Of a stretch of 64,000 nucleotides of DNA, positions 25,851 to 35,506 are shown in pieces. A model generated the notes under the pieces. The model worked only from the letters and a program-made list of their open reading frames with translations. It had not been told where the DNA came from and did not search any database. Each line of letters starts with the position of its first letter. Positions within the stretch are counted from its first letter, which is position 1. A program made the position numbers and the translations under genes. The DNA is from an uncultured virus (IMG/VR IMGVR_UViG_3300003320_000087). Lineage: Duplodnaviria > Heunggongvirae > Uroviricota > Caudoviricetes. The stretch is taken from IMG/VR virus record IMGVR_UViG_3300003320_000087, positions 1 through 64,000 of that record. One strand, written 5' to 3'.

Positions 25851-26674
25851 TGGCTAAAAAGTACATTGGTTTCAATGTTGACATTGCTGAGTCAGCCGCC
25901 CTCACCGGATTTTTGCAAGAGCTTTCTATGGGTATTAAGACATCTAGACATATTGGTCCAGTCCTTAAGTATACCCATGTGATTATGTCACAAGCATTTA
26001 CTGATTATATGTCAGTAGTTGGTCCAGCGCAGCCTTCAAGGTTCCATCATGTCTATGAATGGGGGCAGATTGGAGACCCTACAGCTAAATTGTGGGACGA
26101 TAAGCTTTTGGGAAGCGGTGCTACAAGGACAGCGACATTTTCTTGGCGGGCCTCGAAGCAAACTGTTCCAGTTCGGTCAGACTTTAAGGACGTTGGAGTA
26201 AAGCAAATCCATGTCTTTGTATGGAAGGCTCCTGTAATGGAATATGGAAAAAACATTTTGATTGAGCCAAAGAGAGGAAAGTTCCTCGCTTATTTCACAG
26301 GTCCCACGAATCCTAGTATGAAGTATGAGCGTCAAATTACTCAGAATCCTATCCATGTAACTGACCCTGGTGGACCTTTGGTAAAGGGTTCATTTACTAA
26401 GGAGTATGTTTCTTGGTGGGGTGGTTCTGGTGCTCAAGAGGTATTCAACTCATCAATTCGGCGGGTTCTAGAAGAAGACCTTGGTAAGATGCCTATTGAA
26501 TCAGCAACAAAGCCATTCAGAAGAGCAAGAACAAAGACGTTCGCTATTAACACTATTGCGGATGCCGAAGCTGCACAAAGAGCTGGTGCATTGGCAGCAA
26601 AGAAGTATCTAGAATCTCGCTCTAGAAAATATATTGAGGCGGCAAGAGCCAGGGAGGGGATTATTAATGGCTGA
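25850..26674 (+). CDS. neck/tail completion protein (putative)
   Basis: position between stopper and terminator; HHVYEW motif. Confidence 0.55.
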   Translation: MAKKYIGFNVDIAESAALTGFLQELSMGIKTSRHIGPVLKYTHVIMSQAFTDYMSVVGPAQPSRFHHVYEWGQIGDPTAKLWDDKLLGSGATRTATFSWRASKQTVPVRSDFKDVGVKQIHVFVWKAPVMEYGKNILIEPKRGKFLAYFTGPTNPSMKYERQITQNPIHVTDPGGPLVKGSFTKEYVSWWGGSGAQEVFNSSIRRVLEEDLGKMPIESATKPFRRARTKTFAINTIADAEAAQRAGALAAKKYLESRSRKYIEAARAREGIING

Positions 26675-27215
26675 AGATTATAGGGTTGTTGGTGCTCATG
26701 AAATCAACAAATGGCTTTGGGATAAGCTTAAGGCGTTTGAGTATAAGCCGGGAGTAAAGGCATTTAAGGATTATAAGGGTTCTGGAAATACTTCAGGATA
26801 TGATATTGTTCCTATTGTCCCTGGTTATCAGTGGCCACAAATGAGTGACATTACCGGAAATAGAAGCCCGTATATCGTTTACAATTATATTGTGTCTGCA
26901 TACTCATCTGAATGGTGGTTGTGTAGAGAGCAGTGTGCCTATGTAATTTATGACTTTGATGAAGAACGCTTGAGGGCAATTAATGCCTATATGGTTGACC
27001 TTATGAAGAGAATGGATTGGACAGCCCGGGATTTGAACAACAGTTCCTTGGTATCAGACAAGTTTGATTTCAAGTTTGTGCAGCTTACTTCTGCGGCTGG
27101 CCCTGATGATTTTGCGGTAACAACTGAAAAGACCCTTAGAGGAGCCATGGTAGTTGTCAATTACGAATATACAACTGATATGAATACTCAAGAGGGAAAT
27201 GGCATGAGAGCATAA
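26667..27215 (+). CDS. tail terminator (putative)
   Basis: PYIVY motif; directly before the major tail gene. Confidence 0.6.
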   Translation: MAEDYRVVGAHEINKWLWDKLKAFEYKPGVKAFKDYKGSGNTSGYDIVPIVPGYQWPQMSDITGNRSPYIVYNYIVSAYSSEWWLCREQCAYVIYDFDEERLRAINAYMVDLMKRMDWTARDLNNSSLVSDKFDFKFVQLTSAAGPDDFAVTTEKTLRGAMVVVNYEYTTDMNTQEGNGMRA

Positions 27216-27320
27216 TTGGTTAATTTTGCTTTAGAACCCAAATCAGGATAATATACTGATAGAGGAAGTGCCTAGCCAGCACACAAAACTTTTTAACCTA
27301 AATGGAGGTGACATTCAAAA

Positions 27321-27950
27321 ATGGCATATCAGGTACGTAACATTATCATTGGTGCAGCAGCTCTTTATATTTCTGCAAAGGATAGCACTGATGTAGCATG
27401 GTCCGGAGGTCCGGCACTGCCAGCAAATCCATCTTCAGGTCAGTCTTTCACGACTGCTCTAGATGCTTCTGCTGACTTCCGCCACGCCGGTTTTACGACA
27501 GAAGGTCTTGAGGTTTCTTATGAGCCAGACTACGGAGATGTAGAAGTTGACCAGCTTCTTGACTCAGCTAAGCTCTTCAAGCAGTCAATGCGAGTAACCA
27601 TCAATACTACTCTTGCTGAGGCAGCGCTAGAGAACCTTCTAGTTGCTTGGGGTCAGCAGTCTGCAACCCTTACATCAACAGCGAGCGTTACTGAACTTGG
27701 AATTGCGGCGGGTGCTCTAGGTGATGAGCCTGTAGAGCGTGCTCTAGTTGCTGTAGGTCCAGGTCCAAAGACTGCTGCTGGAGCCAAGCGTGAGCGTATT
27801 TATCACGCACGCAGAGTTCTGTCTGTAGAATCTACTGCACACAGCGTTAAGCGTAATGAGGCTACGGTATTCCCAGTTGCATTCCGACTTCTACCAGACC
27901 CTAACTTCAGTGGTTCTGAGTACGGAATCATTCGTGACCGTAACATCTAA
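27321..27950 (+). CDS. major tail (tube) protein
   Basis: NIIIGAA, GFTTEGLEVSYEP, VDQLLD; strong SD. Confidence 0.88.
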   Translation: MAYQVRNIIIGAAALYISAKDSTDVAWSGGPALPANPSSGQSFTTALDASADFRHAGFTTEGLEVSYEPDYGDVEVDQLLDSAKLFKQSMRVTINTTLAEAALENLLVAWGQQSATLTSTASVTELGIAAGALGDEPVERALVAVGPGPKTAAGAKRERIYHARRVLSVESTAHSVKRNEATVFPVAFRLLPDPNFSGSEYGIIRDRNI

Positions 27951-27966
27951 GATTTGATTTTCTATG

Positions 27967-27992
27967 AAGCCCCGCCTTTTGGCGGGGTTTTC
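27967..27992 (+). terminator. intrinsic terminator after the tail tube gene
   Basis: AAGCCCCGCC-TTTT-GGCGGGGTTT-TC. Confidence 0.8.
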
Positions 27993-28067
27993 ATTTTTGC
28001 CCCATAAAATTGCGCCCATGATTAAATCGTGGTAAACTGAGATTATAAATGGAAGGAAAGGTTTAAA

Positions 28068-28415
28068 TTGGCAACATCTGTATATGTAACAGAGGATATT
28101 GGTCTACAGGACGAAACCTCAGTTACTCTAAAGCCACTTAACATTAAGACACTGCGTACCTTTATGAAGGTAATGGAAAAGTTTGGCGAGGAAGGTGCAA
28201 CTGAAGAGGATGGTCTAGAAGTTCTTCTAGATGCGTCCGCTTTGTGCTTGAAGTCTCAGAGACCAGAGTTCTGGGATAACGACAAGCATACTGAGGCTTA
28301 TGAAGATGCCGTTGATATGCCCACTGTATATCACATTCTTGATGTATGTGGCGGAATTAAGCTCAACGACCCAAATCTTCTAGCGATGGCTCAGGAGGCT
28401 CTTGGAAGGAGCTAG
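28068..28415 (+). CDS. tail assembly chaperone (G-like)
   Basis: position between tube and tape measure; TTG start with SD. Confidence 0.8.
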   Translation: MATSVYVTEDIGLQDETSVTLKPLNIKTLRTFMKVMEKFGEEGATEEDGLEVLLDASALCLKSQRPEFWDNDKHTEAYEDAVDMPTVYHILDVCGGIKLNDPNLLAMAQEALGRS

Positions 28416-28708
28416 ACCTGGCCGAACTAGAGGCTGAGGTTTTTCTCCTAGGCCACTGGAAAAACTTCGAAGAGATTGAGGACAATCTTACTCTCGATGA
28501 GCTTCGAGCAATTCTAGAGGCATCGCGTGAACAAGAATACCGACGACAGAAGTTCGCGGCGGCTCTTAAGGGAATTGACCTAGACGAAAAGAAGAACAAT
28601 GATTCTTCATTCGAAGAGGTAAAGAGAAGGGCAGAGGCTAAACTTCGCGGGGTATCCGAAGAACAGCTTGAATTCTCCGATATTGGTATCGGAATTATTG
28701 AAGAATAA
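28370..28708 (+). CDS. tail assembly chaperone -1 frameshift extension (GT-like)
   Basis: slippery C CCA AAT at 28370-28376; -1 frame open 28361-28708 with no ATG. Confidence 0.75.
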   Translation, partial: PKSSSDGSGGSWKELDLAELEAEVFLLGHWKNFEEIEDNLTLDELRAILEASREQEYRRQKFAAALKGIDLDEKKNNDSSFEEVKRRAEAKLRGVSEEQLEFSDIGIGIIEE

Positions 28709-28726
28709 ATGAAGGAATGAGTTAAG

Positions 28727-31700
28727 ATAGAAAACATTCAGATTAGATTTAGCGGTTCCGCAAACTTTAGAGAAGTTTACGGAGAAGTAACCCGATTGAA
28801 CCAGCAGTTGCAAGTAATGCAGCGCAATATGGCATCGGGTGCTTTGTCTATGAGCAATGTAAATGACTCTCGTAACTCATTCCGTAGAGCCGTTTCACAA
28901 ATTGGTGACCTAGCCGTACAATCTGTACAGGCTAGGACTGCCACTTCCGTTCTGACTGAATCAATTATTAAGCGTGATATCAGTCTAAAGCAGTCAATGC
29001 AGGTCCACAAGCAGTTTACTAACATTCTGAAGGAACAGTATGCTCTTCAGCGTGCTATGGCTGTTCAGTGGACCACTTCAACTTCTGGCCGGGTTGGTGC
29101 GGACATGATTATTCCGCGCGGTAGCACAGAAAGAATTGAAGCAATGACCAACTCTCTTGCTGCAAACTCAAAGGCCATGGCTCGTGGCCTTATTGGCATG
29201 GGAGGATTGAACGAAGCTTGGTCAGTTATGCGTGTTCGTATTGGACTGACAACCGCCGCTTTGGGAGCAGCGTCAGAATCTCTTATTAAGTGGGGTAAGA
29301 ATACTCAGTGGGCTGGTCGTCAGCTTATGGTTGGTTTTACCGTTCCATTGATGGCATTTGGCGCGGTGGCTGGAAAGGCTGCCTATGATGTAGATGCTGC
29401 AATGACTCGTATCCAGAAGGTTTACGATACCACAGCAACTTCAGTAATGGGGAAGCAAAGAGAACTTGATGAACTACGTACTCAATCAATGAGTATGGGT
29501 GTTCAGGTTGCAAAGATGTATGGTCAGTCTTTGCAGGATACTCTCAGTCTAGAAGCTGACCTTGCTGCTACTGGTCTAAAGGGTCAGCAATTGCAGCAGG
29601 CAACTGTTTCTGTTACCCGCGCGGCTACTCTGGGTGAACTTGACAAGCAGCAGGCTATGAAGGCAACAATTGCACTTCAGTCTGTGTATGGAGATAGCGC
29701 AGAGCAGCTTACCAAGGACTTCAATTACATGAACGCCATCGAGAATGCTACCAGCCTATCAATGCAGGACTTTGTTGATGCTATTCCTCGTGGTGCTGGT
29801 GTTATGAAGGCAATGGGCGTTGACCTAAAGCAGATGGGTGTACTTCTAGTTGCCCTAAAGCAGAATGGTATTTCTGCGGCGGAAGGTATGAATGGTCTTC
29901 GTGCAGCGTCCCAGCGTCTTCTTATGATTCGTCCAGAAGGTGAAACAGAAAAGTCTTGGAAGAAGTTGCTTCCTGATGCACCTACCCTAAAGTCTATCGT
30001 TGACACCTATGAAGGAAAGTTTATTCCAATTCTTCAGGAACTGGGTAAGCAAATGGAAGGTCTTAAGCCTTACCAGCAGCAGGAAATGATTGCTCGTATC
30101 TTTGGTGTTTATCAGTCTAACAAGATTTATGGTGTTCTGAACGGCCTTGTAAACAAGACTGGGCAGGTTGGTACTGCCTACAAGATTATGGCTCAGGATG
30201 CTACAACGAACTCCACTATTGCTCAACAGGAGCTTGACAAGATGGCGGATTCTGCATCTGGTAAGTTCAAGCGTGCCCTTGAGTCTATTAAGGCTCAACT
30301 AGCAGTTGTCGGAGAACCGTTCCTTGAGGTTGGTTCTAAGATTCTCGGCTTCATCGGAAAGCTATTTGATATGTTCAATGCTATGCCGGGTGCCCTTAAG
30401 AAGGCAATGGCTGGTTTCATCATCGGTGGAGCGATTCTTGGTCCTATCATTATGCTTACTGGTCTATTTGCTAACCTAATGGGCCAGATTGTTAAGCTTG
30501 GTGGTCTTCTTACTGGACTTCTTACAAGATTCCGCCCTCTTTCAATTGAGCAAAAGGCGCAGGCTATGTTGGCTGAGCGTTCCACTTTGGCGTGGTCAAA
30601 TCAGGCTAGAGCTGCACAGGCTTTGTCTGGTCAGCTTTCTATGCTTACTTCTCAGATGGAGAGAATGGCCATTGCTCAGATGCAGGCTAATGGAATGGCC
30701 ATCACGAGATTTGGAAGTACTACACCGAACTATACAACAAATGTAGGTGGAATTGGTCCGGCTCTTCCAACTGGTCAGTCTCCATATCGTCAGACAGCCA
30801 ATGGTAGATATCAGAATGTTACAACCGGACGTTTTGTCTCAACACAAGAGATGAATGCATATGCGGCTGCGCAGGCAGCCGGTGCCCGTTCTGCACAGCA
30901 AGCGGCTGCTGCCTCAACTGTAACATCAAGAAACTGGGGAAGAATTTCACTGGCAATGGGTGGGGTTGGACTTATGGCTGCAACAATGATGACAGCTTCC
31001 GGCTCTTCGGGTGAAATCATGAACAACATTAGTCTTGCTCTTGTTGCTGCTTCCATGCTTGGTCCTATGCTGGTAAAGGCTTTCCGTAATGCTGGAATTG
31101 CGGCGGCTGCTTCAAATGTCGGTGCGGCCTTTGGTCTAGGTTCTCGTGCTGGTTCAATTGCTGGTAGGGGTGCAGTTGGTAGATTTGCTTCTGGATTGTC
31201 GGCAGCAATGAGACCGGCATTGGCTCTTTCTGGAGTAATTCTTAGATTTGCTGGCCCTGTAGGACTTTTGGCGGGTGGAGCAATTCTTGCATTTAAGCTT
31301 TACCAGAATATGAAGAAGGGTGTAGAAACTCAGAAGAGAATCAATGAATCTGCTAAGGACTGGGCGGACGTTCTTGGATTTGTATACACAGAAGCTGGTC
31401 AGGTAAAGGATGCCAATGACAAGATTGTCAGCTCTATTGATGCTCAGGTAACAAAGCTGAAGGAAAAGAACGCCGAGCTTGTTAAGAGTTTGCAGCTTGC
31501 TAAGGATAATGAGGATACTCAGAATGCTATCAACTTGGCGATTGCTGAGGGTCTTAAGGTGAAGAATCATGGTGGTTCTGCTGAAGATGCAACTTCTGCA
31601 ACTGAACTATCTCTACGTGCTGCTGGATATAAGAGTTCAGAAGTTCAGGAATTGATGGTAAAGGTTCGTGCCCAGGTTGATTTCTCAGATGCAGAGAGCA

Positions 31701-34700
31701 CCATGAGAGAGCAAATGCGCCAGTTCAAGGATACCTTTAACAAGGTTGCCAATAACGAATTTGGTCAGGGAACTTGGGAAGGCTTTACTCGCGTATTCTC
31801 TGGTCGTGGAGATATTAACAAGAATGCTGCTGAACGTGGTAAGGGAATGGCTGAGGAATTTTGGACGGGATTCCAGGCACAAACAACACAGTCAGAAAAG
31901 AAGGATTACTTCAGTAAGTTCTTCAAGTCTGTAGAGGCCGAACAGCATGAGGCTTGGGGTCGTCTTGGTAATTCTAACCGTAAGGACCTTCAGAAGGTTG
32001 GTATTGACTCATGGCAGGAATTTGCTCAGGCTTACACAGACGCTCAGAACATGACTGATGTGGAGTTTAAGTTTGCGTGGGGTGATGGTGATATTGAGCA
32101 GGCAAAGAAGGTTAAGGCAGCTTTGAACGGTCTTGGTTCAGAGACAACCCGATATGCCGAGAAGCACATTGATGCGGAGAAGTATATTGCTCAGGCTATT
32201 GCTAAGAAGAATAACATGTCTGATGAAGATATCAAGCGTGTCCACACCCTTGCTGACCTTTATAACATTCTTGATATGTCGTTCTCAACAGTAACTGAGG
32301 CACAAAAGGGTTACAACGAAGCAATCATGAACTACAATAGACAAGGTACAAAATTGTCTAAGGATGAGCAGCTTCGTATCCTTAACATCTATCGTGCAAA
32401 TGCTGGGTTGACAAAGGCTACCAGTATTGAGCAGGGATTTGGAGATGCAGTTGACTCCGTAACCGGAAAGGTTAAGGAGAATGGACAGGCCATGGAAAAT
32501 TCTGTGGCAAGCATCGACGAATGGGCTAGCGCCAGACAGAAGGCTATGTCTGGGGCTCAGGATTATGCATTCCAGGCCGCTGAGGATATTTGGCAGGAGA
32601 AGGCGGATGCGGAAACTGATGCTATTGAAAAGCGGGGTCAGCAAAGAGAGGATGCTTTGGATGACCAGGCTGAGCGTCAGGATAAGCGTTTTGATGATAG
32701 AGCTGATGCGGCGGATAAGAGATTCGACAGGCGTTCAAAGGCTCTTGATAAGCGCTGGGACAAGATTGATGAAGATTTCGATAACAGGTGGGATGCTCGT
32801 CTAAAGAGAGAAGAGGACGCCTATAACAAGAAGATTGACAACATCAAGAAGACAATGGATGCTGAAGAGAAGGCTGAGGAGCAGCGTCAGAAGATTTTCG
32901 AGGCTGAAAAGACACGTCTCGAAAGAATGGCGTCCATGGCAAATTCTCAGATTGACTTCAATGTTGCTGTAAATACTGGAAATCTTGATGAGGCTGCAAA
33001 GATTGCTAATACTATGCAGTCTACAGAAGCTGGTTGGTCTCTTGATGATGCGGCGGCCTCTAGTCAGTCTCAGTCTGATGCTCGTAAGGAGCAAATGCAG
33101 GGACAGATTGATACCCTTGAGGCAGCACGAGATAAGCGTATTGATGACCTAAAGAAGGTTGAGGAGGCTGAAAAGAAGGCTCTTCAGGATAAGAAGGAGC
33201 GTGAACAGGAAGCTCTTCAGGCTGAGCGTGAGCGCTATAACAAGGCTTTGGAAGCAGAGCGTGAACGTTACCGTAAGGGAATTGAAGCACAAAAGAAGGC
33301 TATTCAGGAGCAAACTCAGCGTGATACTGAGGCTAAGCGTAAGGAGCTAGAGCGTCAGAAGAAGACGCTTGAGCTTGAACTTTTGGCAATTCGTGCATCT
33401 GTTCCACGTAATAAGAAGGAATATGATGCGCAAATCAAGACTATTGAAAAGATGTACTCCAAGTATGGTGTAAATCTTAAGGCTCAGGGTAACCAGTGGT
33501 CAAAGATTATTGGTGATGGTCTAACTGCTCATATTAAGGAAGCTTCTGCCGACCTTCAGAATGAAATCAAGTGGAAGAACATTGGTAATGCCGTAACTCA
33601 GAAGATGGTTGACGGTGGATTCAACATGTCTACCGCAGAATTTATGAAGTGGGTTACCACAGGTGAGCTTCCAAAGAAGTACAGTGCACCTGCTAAGCCA
33701 AAGACCCGCCACACTGGTGGTCCGGTAAATGGTTCTTCTAAGTATGACAATCGTGGTGGACGTAACTGGGGAACGGGTCTTCGTCGTGATGAGTCAATGA
33801 TGCTTCTGAAGAATGACGAGTATGTTCTTAATGGAAAGGCTCACAAGGCTCTTGGTACTGACTACCTAGATAATATCAATAAGACTGGTGGTCGTGGAAC
33901 TGGTGGAATTGGTGGCGCTGGACTTGGTCTAGTGGGAATTTATGCGGCAGCAGCGGAAGGAATGTATGAAGCAGCGGCAGATGCAGCAATTCAGGCAGCC
34001 GGAAACAATGCCATGGGATTTGGTATTGACGGAATGGCTATTGCTGGTAAGGCTGGAACATACGGCGGGGTTCCGCTAACAGCCACACAGCTTCAGAATG
34101 CAGCTACCATTATTGGTGTAGGTAAGGGAATGGGTGCAACTACAAATGACCTTATCGTTTCCCTTATGACTGCAATGCAGGAGTCTACTCTTCGTAATCT
34201 GAATTATGGTGACCGTGACTCTTTGGGTCTGTTCCAGCAGCGTCCTTCTCAGGGTTGGGGTACTCCTCAGCAGATTATGAATCCTTCATATGCTGCACGT
34301 AAGTTCTTTGAGCACTTGCTAGCAATGAAGGGCCGAAATAAGTTGAGTCTAACACAGCAGGCTCAAAGAGTTCAGCGTTCTGCATTCCCTGAGGCTTATG
34401 CAAAGTGGGAGGCAATGGCACGTCAGGTTGTTGCTGGAACTTCGTTCCAGCCGTTTGCTGGTTTGACAGGCGGAGGAAAGGTTCGTCCTGTTAATGGGCC
34501 GGTTTCTCGTGACTACGCTCATCACACTAATTTGCCAAGAGCTACAGACTTCGGTGTTGGTGTCGGTACTCCAGTTCGTTCAGCTATGAATGGACAGGTT
34601 ATTACCTCTGCCGACCTTAAGGGTCCGGGCGGATATCGTTCGTATGGTCGATACATTGTTGTTGCAAATGGTGCTGAGAAGACTCTGTATGCTCACCTTT

Positions 34701-35107
34701 CTCAGAGAGGTGTTCGTGCTGGACAGACTGTTAGGGCTGGACAGCTAATTGGTTATTCTGGTAACACAGGTAATTCAACTGGTCCTCACCTTCACTTTGA
34801 GACATGGCGTAATGGAAAGACTTTGCCACCAGGCCCATTTGGAATTCCGGGAATGAGAAAGGGCGGGTTTACTTTGAGCGATGGTTACGCGAAGTTGCAC
34901 GCAAAGGAAGCTGTTCTCACAGCACCATTGACTGACCAGCTTAAGTCTGGAATCCAGAAGATTGACCAGGGCATTAATAACGATTATAATGTAAATGTGA
35001 ACTTTTATGGACCAGTCAGCTCAGATGTTGACGTAGAGAAGGCTGTAACGGCAGCTTTGAACAAGAGAGATAGTAAGCTAGGAAGAAGTAGGAGTGTTAA
35101 GTCATGA
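28727..35107 (+). CDS. tape measure protein with C-terminal transglycosylase-like and M23 peptidase domains
   Basis: >2100 aa; AMQES...GLFQQRPSQGWG; YAHLS...GNTGNSTGPHLHFE; start either ATA 28727 or TTG 28796. Confidence 0.92.
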   Translation: MENIQIRFSGSANFREVYGEVTRLNQQLQVMQRNMASGALSMSNVNDSRNSFRRAVSQIGDLAVQSVQARTATSVLTESIIKRDISLKQSMQVHKQFTNILKEQYALQRAMAVQWTTSTSGRVGADMIIPRGSTERIEAMTNSLAANSKAMARGLIGMGGLNEAWSVMRVRIGLTTAALGAASESLIKWGKNTQWAGRQLMVGFTVPLMAFGAVAGKAAYDVDAAMTRIQKVYDTTATSVMGKQRELDELRTQSMSMGVQVAKMYGQSLQDTLSLEADLAATGLKGQQLQQATVSVTRAATLGELDKQQAMKATIALQSVYGDSAEQLTKDFNYMNAIENATSLSMQDFVDAIPRGAGVMKAMGVDLKQMGVLLVALKQNGISAAEGMNGLRAASQRLLMIRPEGETEKSWKKLLPDAPTLKSIVDTYEGKFIPILQELGKQMEGLKPYQQQEMIARIFGVYQSNKIYGVLNGLVNKTGQVGTAYKIMAQDATTNSTIAQQELDKMADSASGKFKRALESIKAQLAVVGEPFLEVGSKILGFIGKLFDMFNAMPGALKKAMAGFIIGGAILGPIIMLTGLFANLMGQIVKLGGLLTGLLTRFRPLSIEQKAQAMLAERSTLAWSNQARAAQALSGQLSMLTSQMERMAIAQMQANGMAITRFGSTTPNYTTNVGGIGPALPTGQSPYRQTANGRYQNVTTGRFVSTQEMNAYAAAQAAGARSAQQAAAASTVTSRNWGRISLAMGGVGLMAATMMTASGSSGEIMNNISLALVAASMLGPMLVKAFRNAGIAAAASNVGAAFGLGSRAGSIAGRGAVGRFASGLSAAMRPALALSGVILRFAGPVGLLAGGAILAFKLYQNMKKGVETQKRINESAKDWADVLGFVYTEAGQVKDANDKIVSSIDAQVTKLKEKNAELVKSLQLAKDNEDTQNAINLAIAEGLKVKNHGGSAEDATSATELSLRAAGYKSSEVQELMVKVRAQVDFSDAESTMREQMRQFKDTFNKVANNEFGQGTWEGFTRVFSGRGDINKNAAERGKGMAEEFWTGFQAQTTQSEKKDYFSKFFKSVEAEQHEAWGRLGNSNRKDLQKVGIDSWQEFAQAYTDAQNMTDVEFKFAWGDGDIEQAKKVKAALNGLGSETTRYAEKHIDAEKYIAQAIAKKNNMSDEDIKRVHTLADLYNILDMSFSTVTEAQKGYNEAIMNYNRQGTKLSKDEQLRILNIYRANAGLTKATSIEQGFGDAVDSVTGKVKENGQAMENSVASIDEWASARQKAMSGAQDYAFQAAEDIWQEKADAETDAIEKRGQQREDALDDQAERQDKRFDDRADAADKRFDRRSKALDKRWDKIDEDFDNRWDARLKREEDAYNKKIDNIKKTMDAEEKAEEQRQKIFEAEKTRLERMASMANSQIDFNVAVNTGNLDEAAKIANTMQSTEAGWSLDDAAASSQSQSDARKEQMQGQIDTLEAARDKRIDDLKKVEEAEKKALQDKKEREQEALQAERERYNKALEAERERYRKGIEAQKKAIQEQTQRDTEAKRKELERQKKTLELELLAIRASVPRNKKEYDAQIKTIEKMYSKYGVNLKAQGNQWSKIIGDGLTAHIKEASADLQNEIKWKNIGNAVTQKMVDGGFNMSTAEFMKWVTTGELPKKYSAPAKPKTRHTGGPVNGSSKYDNRGGRNWGTGLRRDESMMLLKNDEYVLNGKAHKALGTDYLDNINKTGGRGTGGIGGAGLGLVGIYAAAAEGMYEAAADAAIQAAGNNAMGFGIDGMAIAGKAGTYGGVPLTATQLQNAATIIGVGKGMGATTNDLIVSLMTAMQESTLRNLNYGDRDSLGLFQQRPSQGWGTPQQIMNPSYAARKFFEHLLAMKGRNKLSLTQQAQRVQRSAFPEAYAKWEAMARQVVAGTSFQPFAGLTGGGKVRPVNGPVSRDYAHHTNLPRATDFGVGVGTPVRSAMNGQVITSADLKGPGGYRSYGRYIVVANGAEKTLYAHLSQRGVRAGQTVRAGQLIGYSGNTGNSTGPHLHFETWRNGKTLPPGPFGIPGMRKGGFTLSDGYAKLHAKEAVLTAPLTDQLKSGIQKIDQGINNDYNVNVNFYGPVSSDVDVEKAVTAALNKRDSKLGRSRSVKS

Positions 35108-35505
35108 CAATGACGTTTTCTAATCCAAGACTGATGAGATGGAATGGTAATGCTATTACCGACCATAATCGTCAGCCTCTGGCAATTGATGTTGAGCGTA
35201 TTGAAAAGAAGCAAAGAATGGCTAACGGAACTTTGCGTAAATATATCGTTGCTGACAAGCGTTCTTTTACTACGTCATGGAATATGCTTCCAAAGAATAC
35301 TTCTCAGACTGTTGACGGATTCTGGGGGGCCGATGATATTGAACAGTTTTATAATACTGTAACAGGCTCCTTCTCTCTTGAGATTTCTGATGGAGATGCA
35401 GAAACTTATACATATAATGTAATGTTTTCTGATTTCTCGAAGACCATTTCTAAGCGTGGAAGTGTTGATTTTTGGGAAATCAATGTAAGTATGGAAGAGG
35501 TCTGA
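35104..35505 (+). CDS. distal tail (Dit-like) minor tail protein
   Basis: RMANGTLR motif; follows tape measure. Confidence 0.7.
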   Translation: MTMTFSNPRLMRWNGNAITDHNRQPLAIDVERIEKKQRMANGTLRKYIVADKRSFTTSWNMLPKNTSQTVDGFWGADDIEQFYNTVTGSFSLEISDGDAETYTYNVMFSDFSKTISKRGSVDFWEINVSMEEV

Positions 35506-35506
35506 T

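Noticed and set aside
28401..28415. GGAAGGAG near the chaperone stop as the slippery site
   Set aside because: Poor tRNA re-pairing in the -1 frame; CCCAAAT upstream fits the canonical pattern
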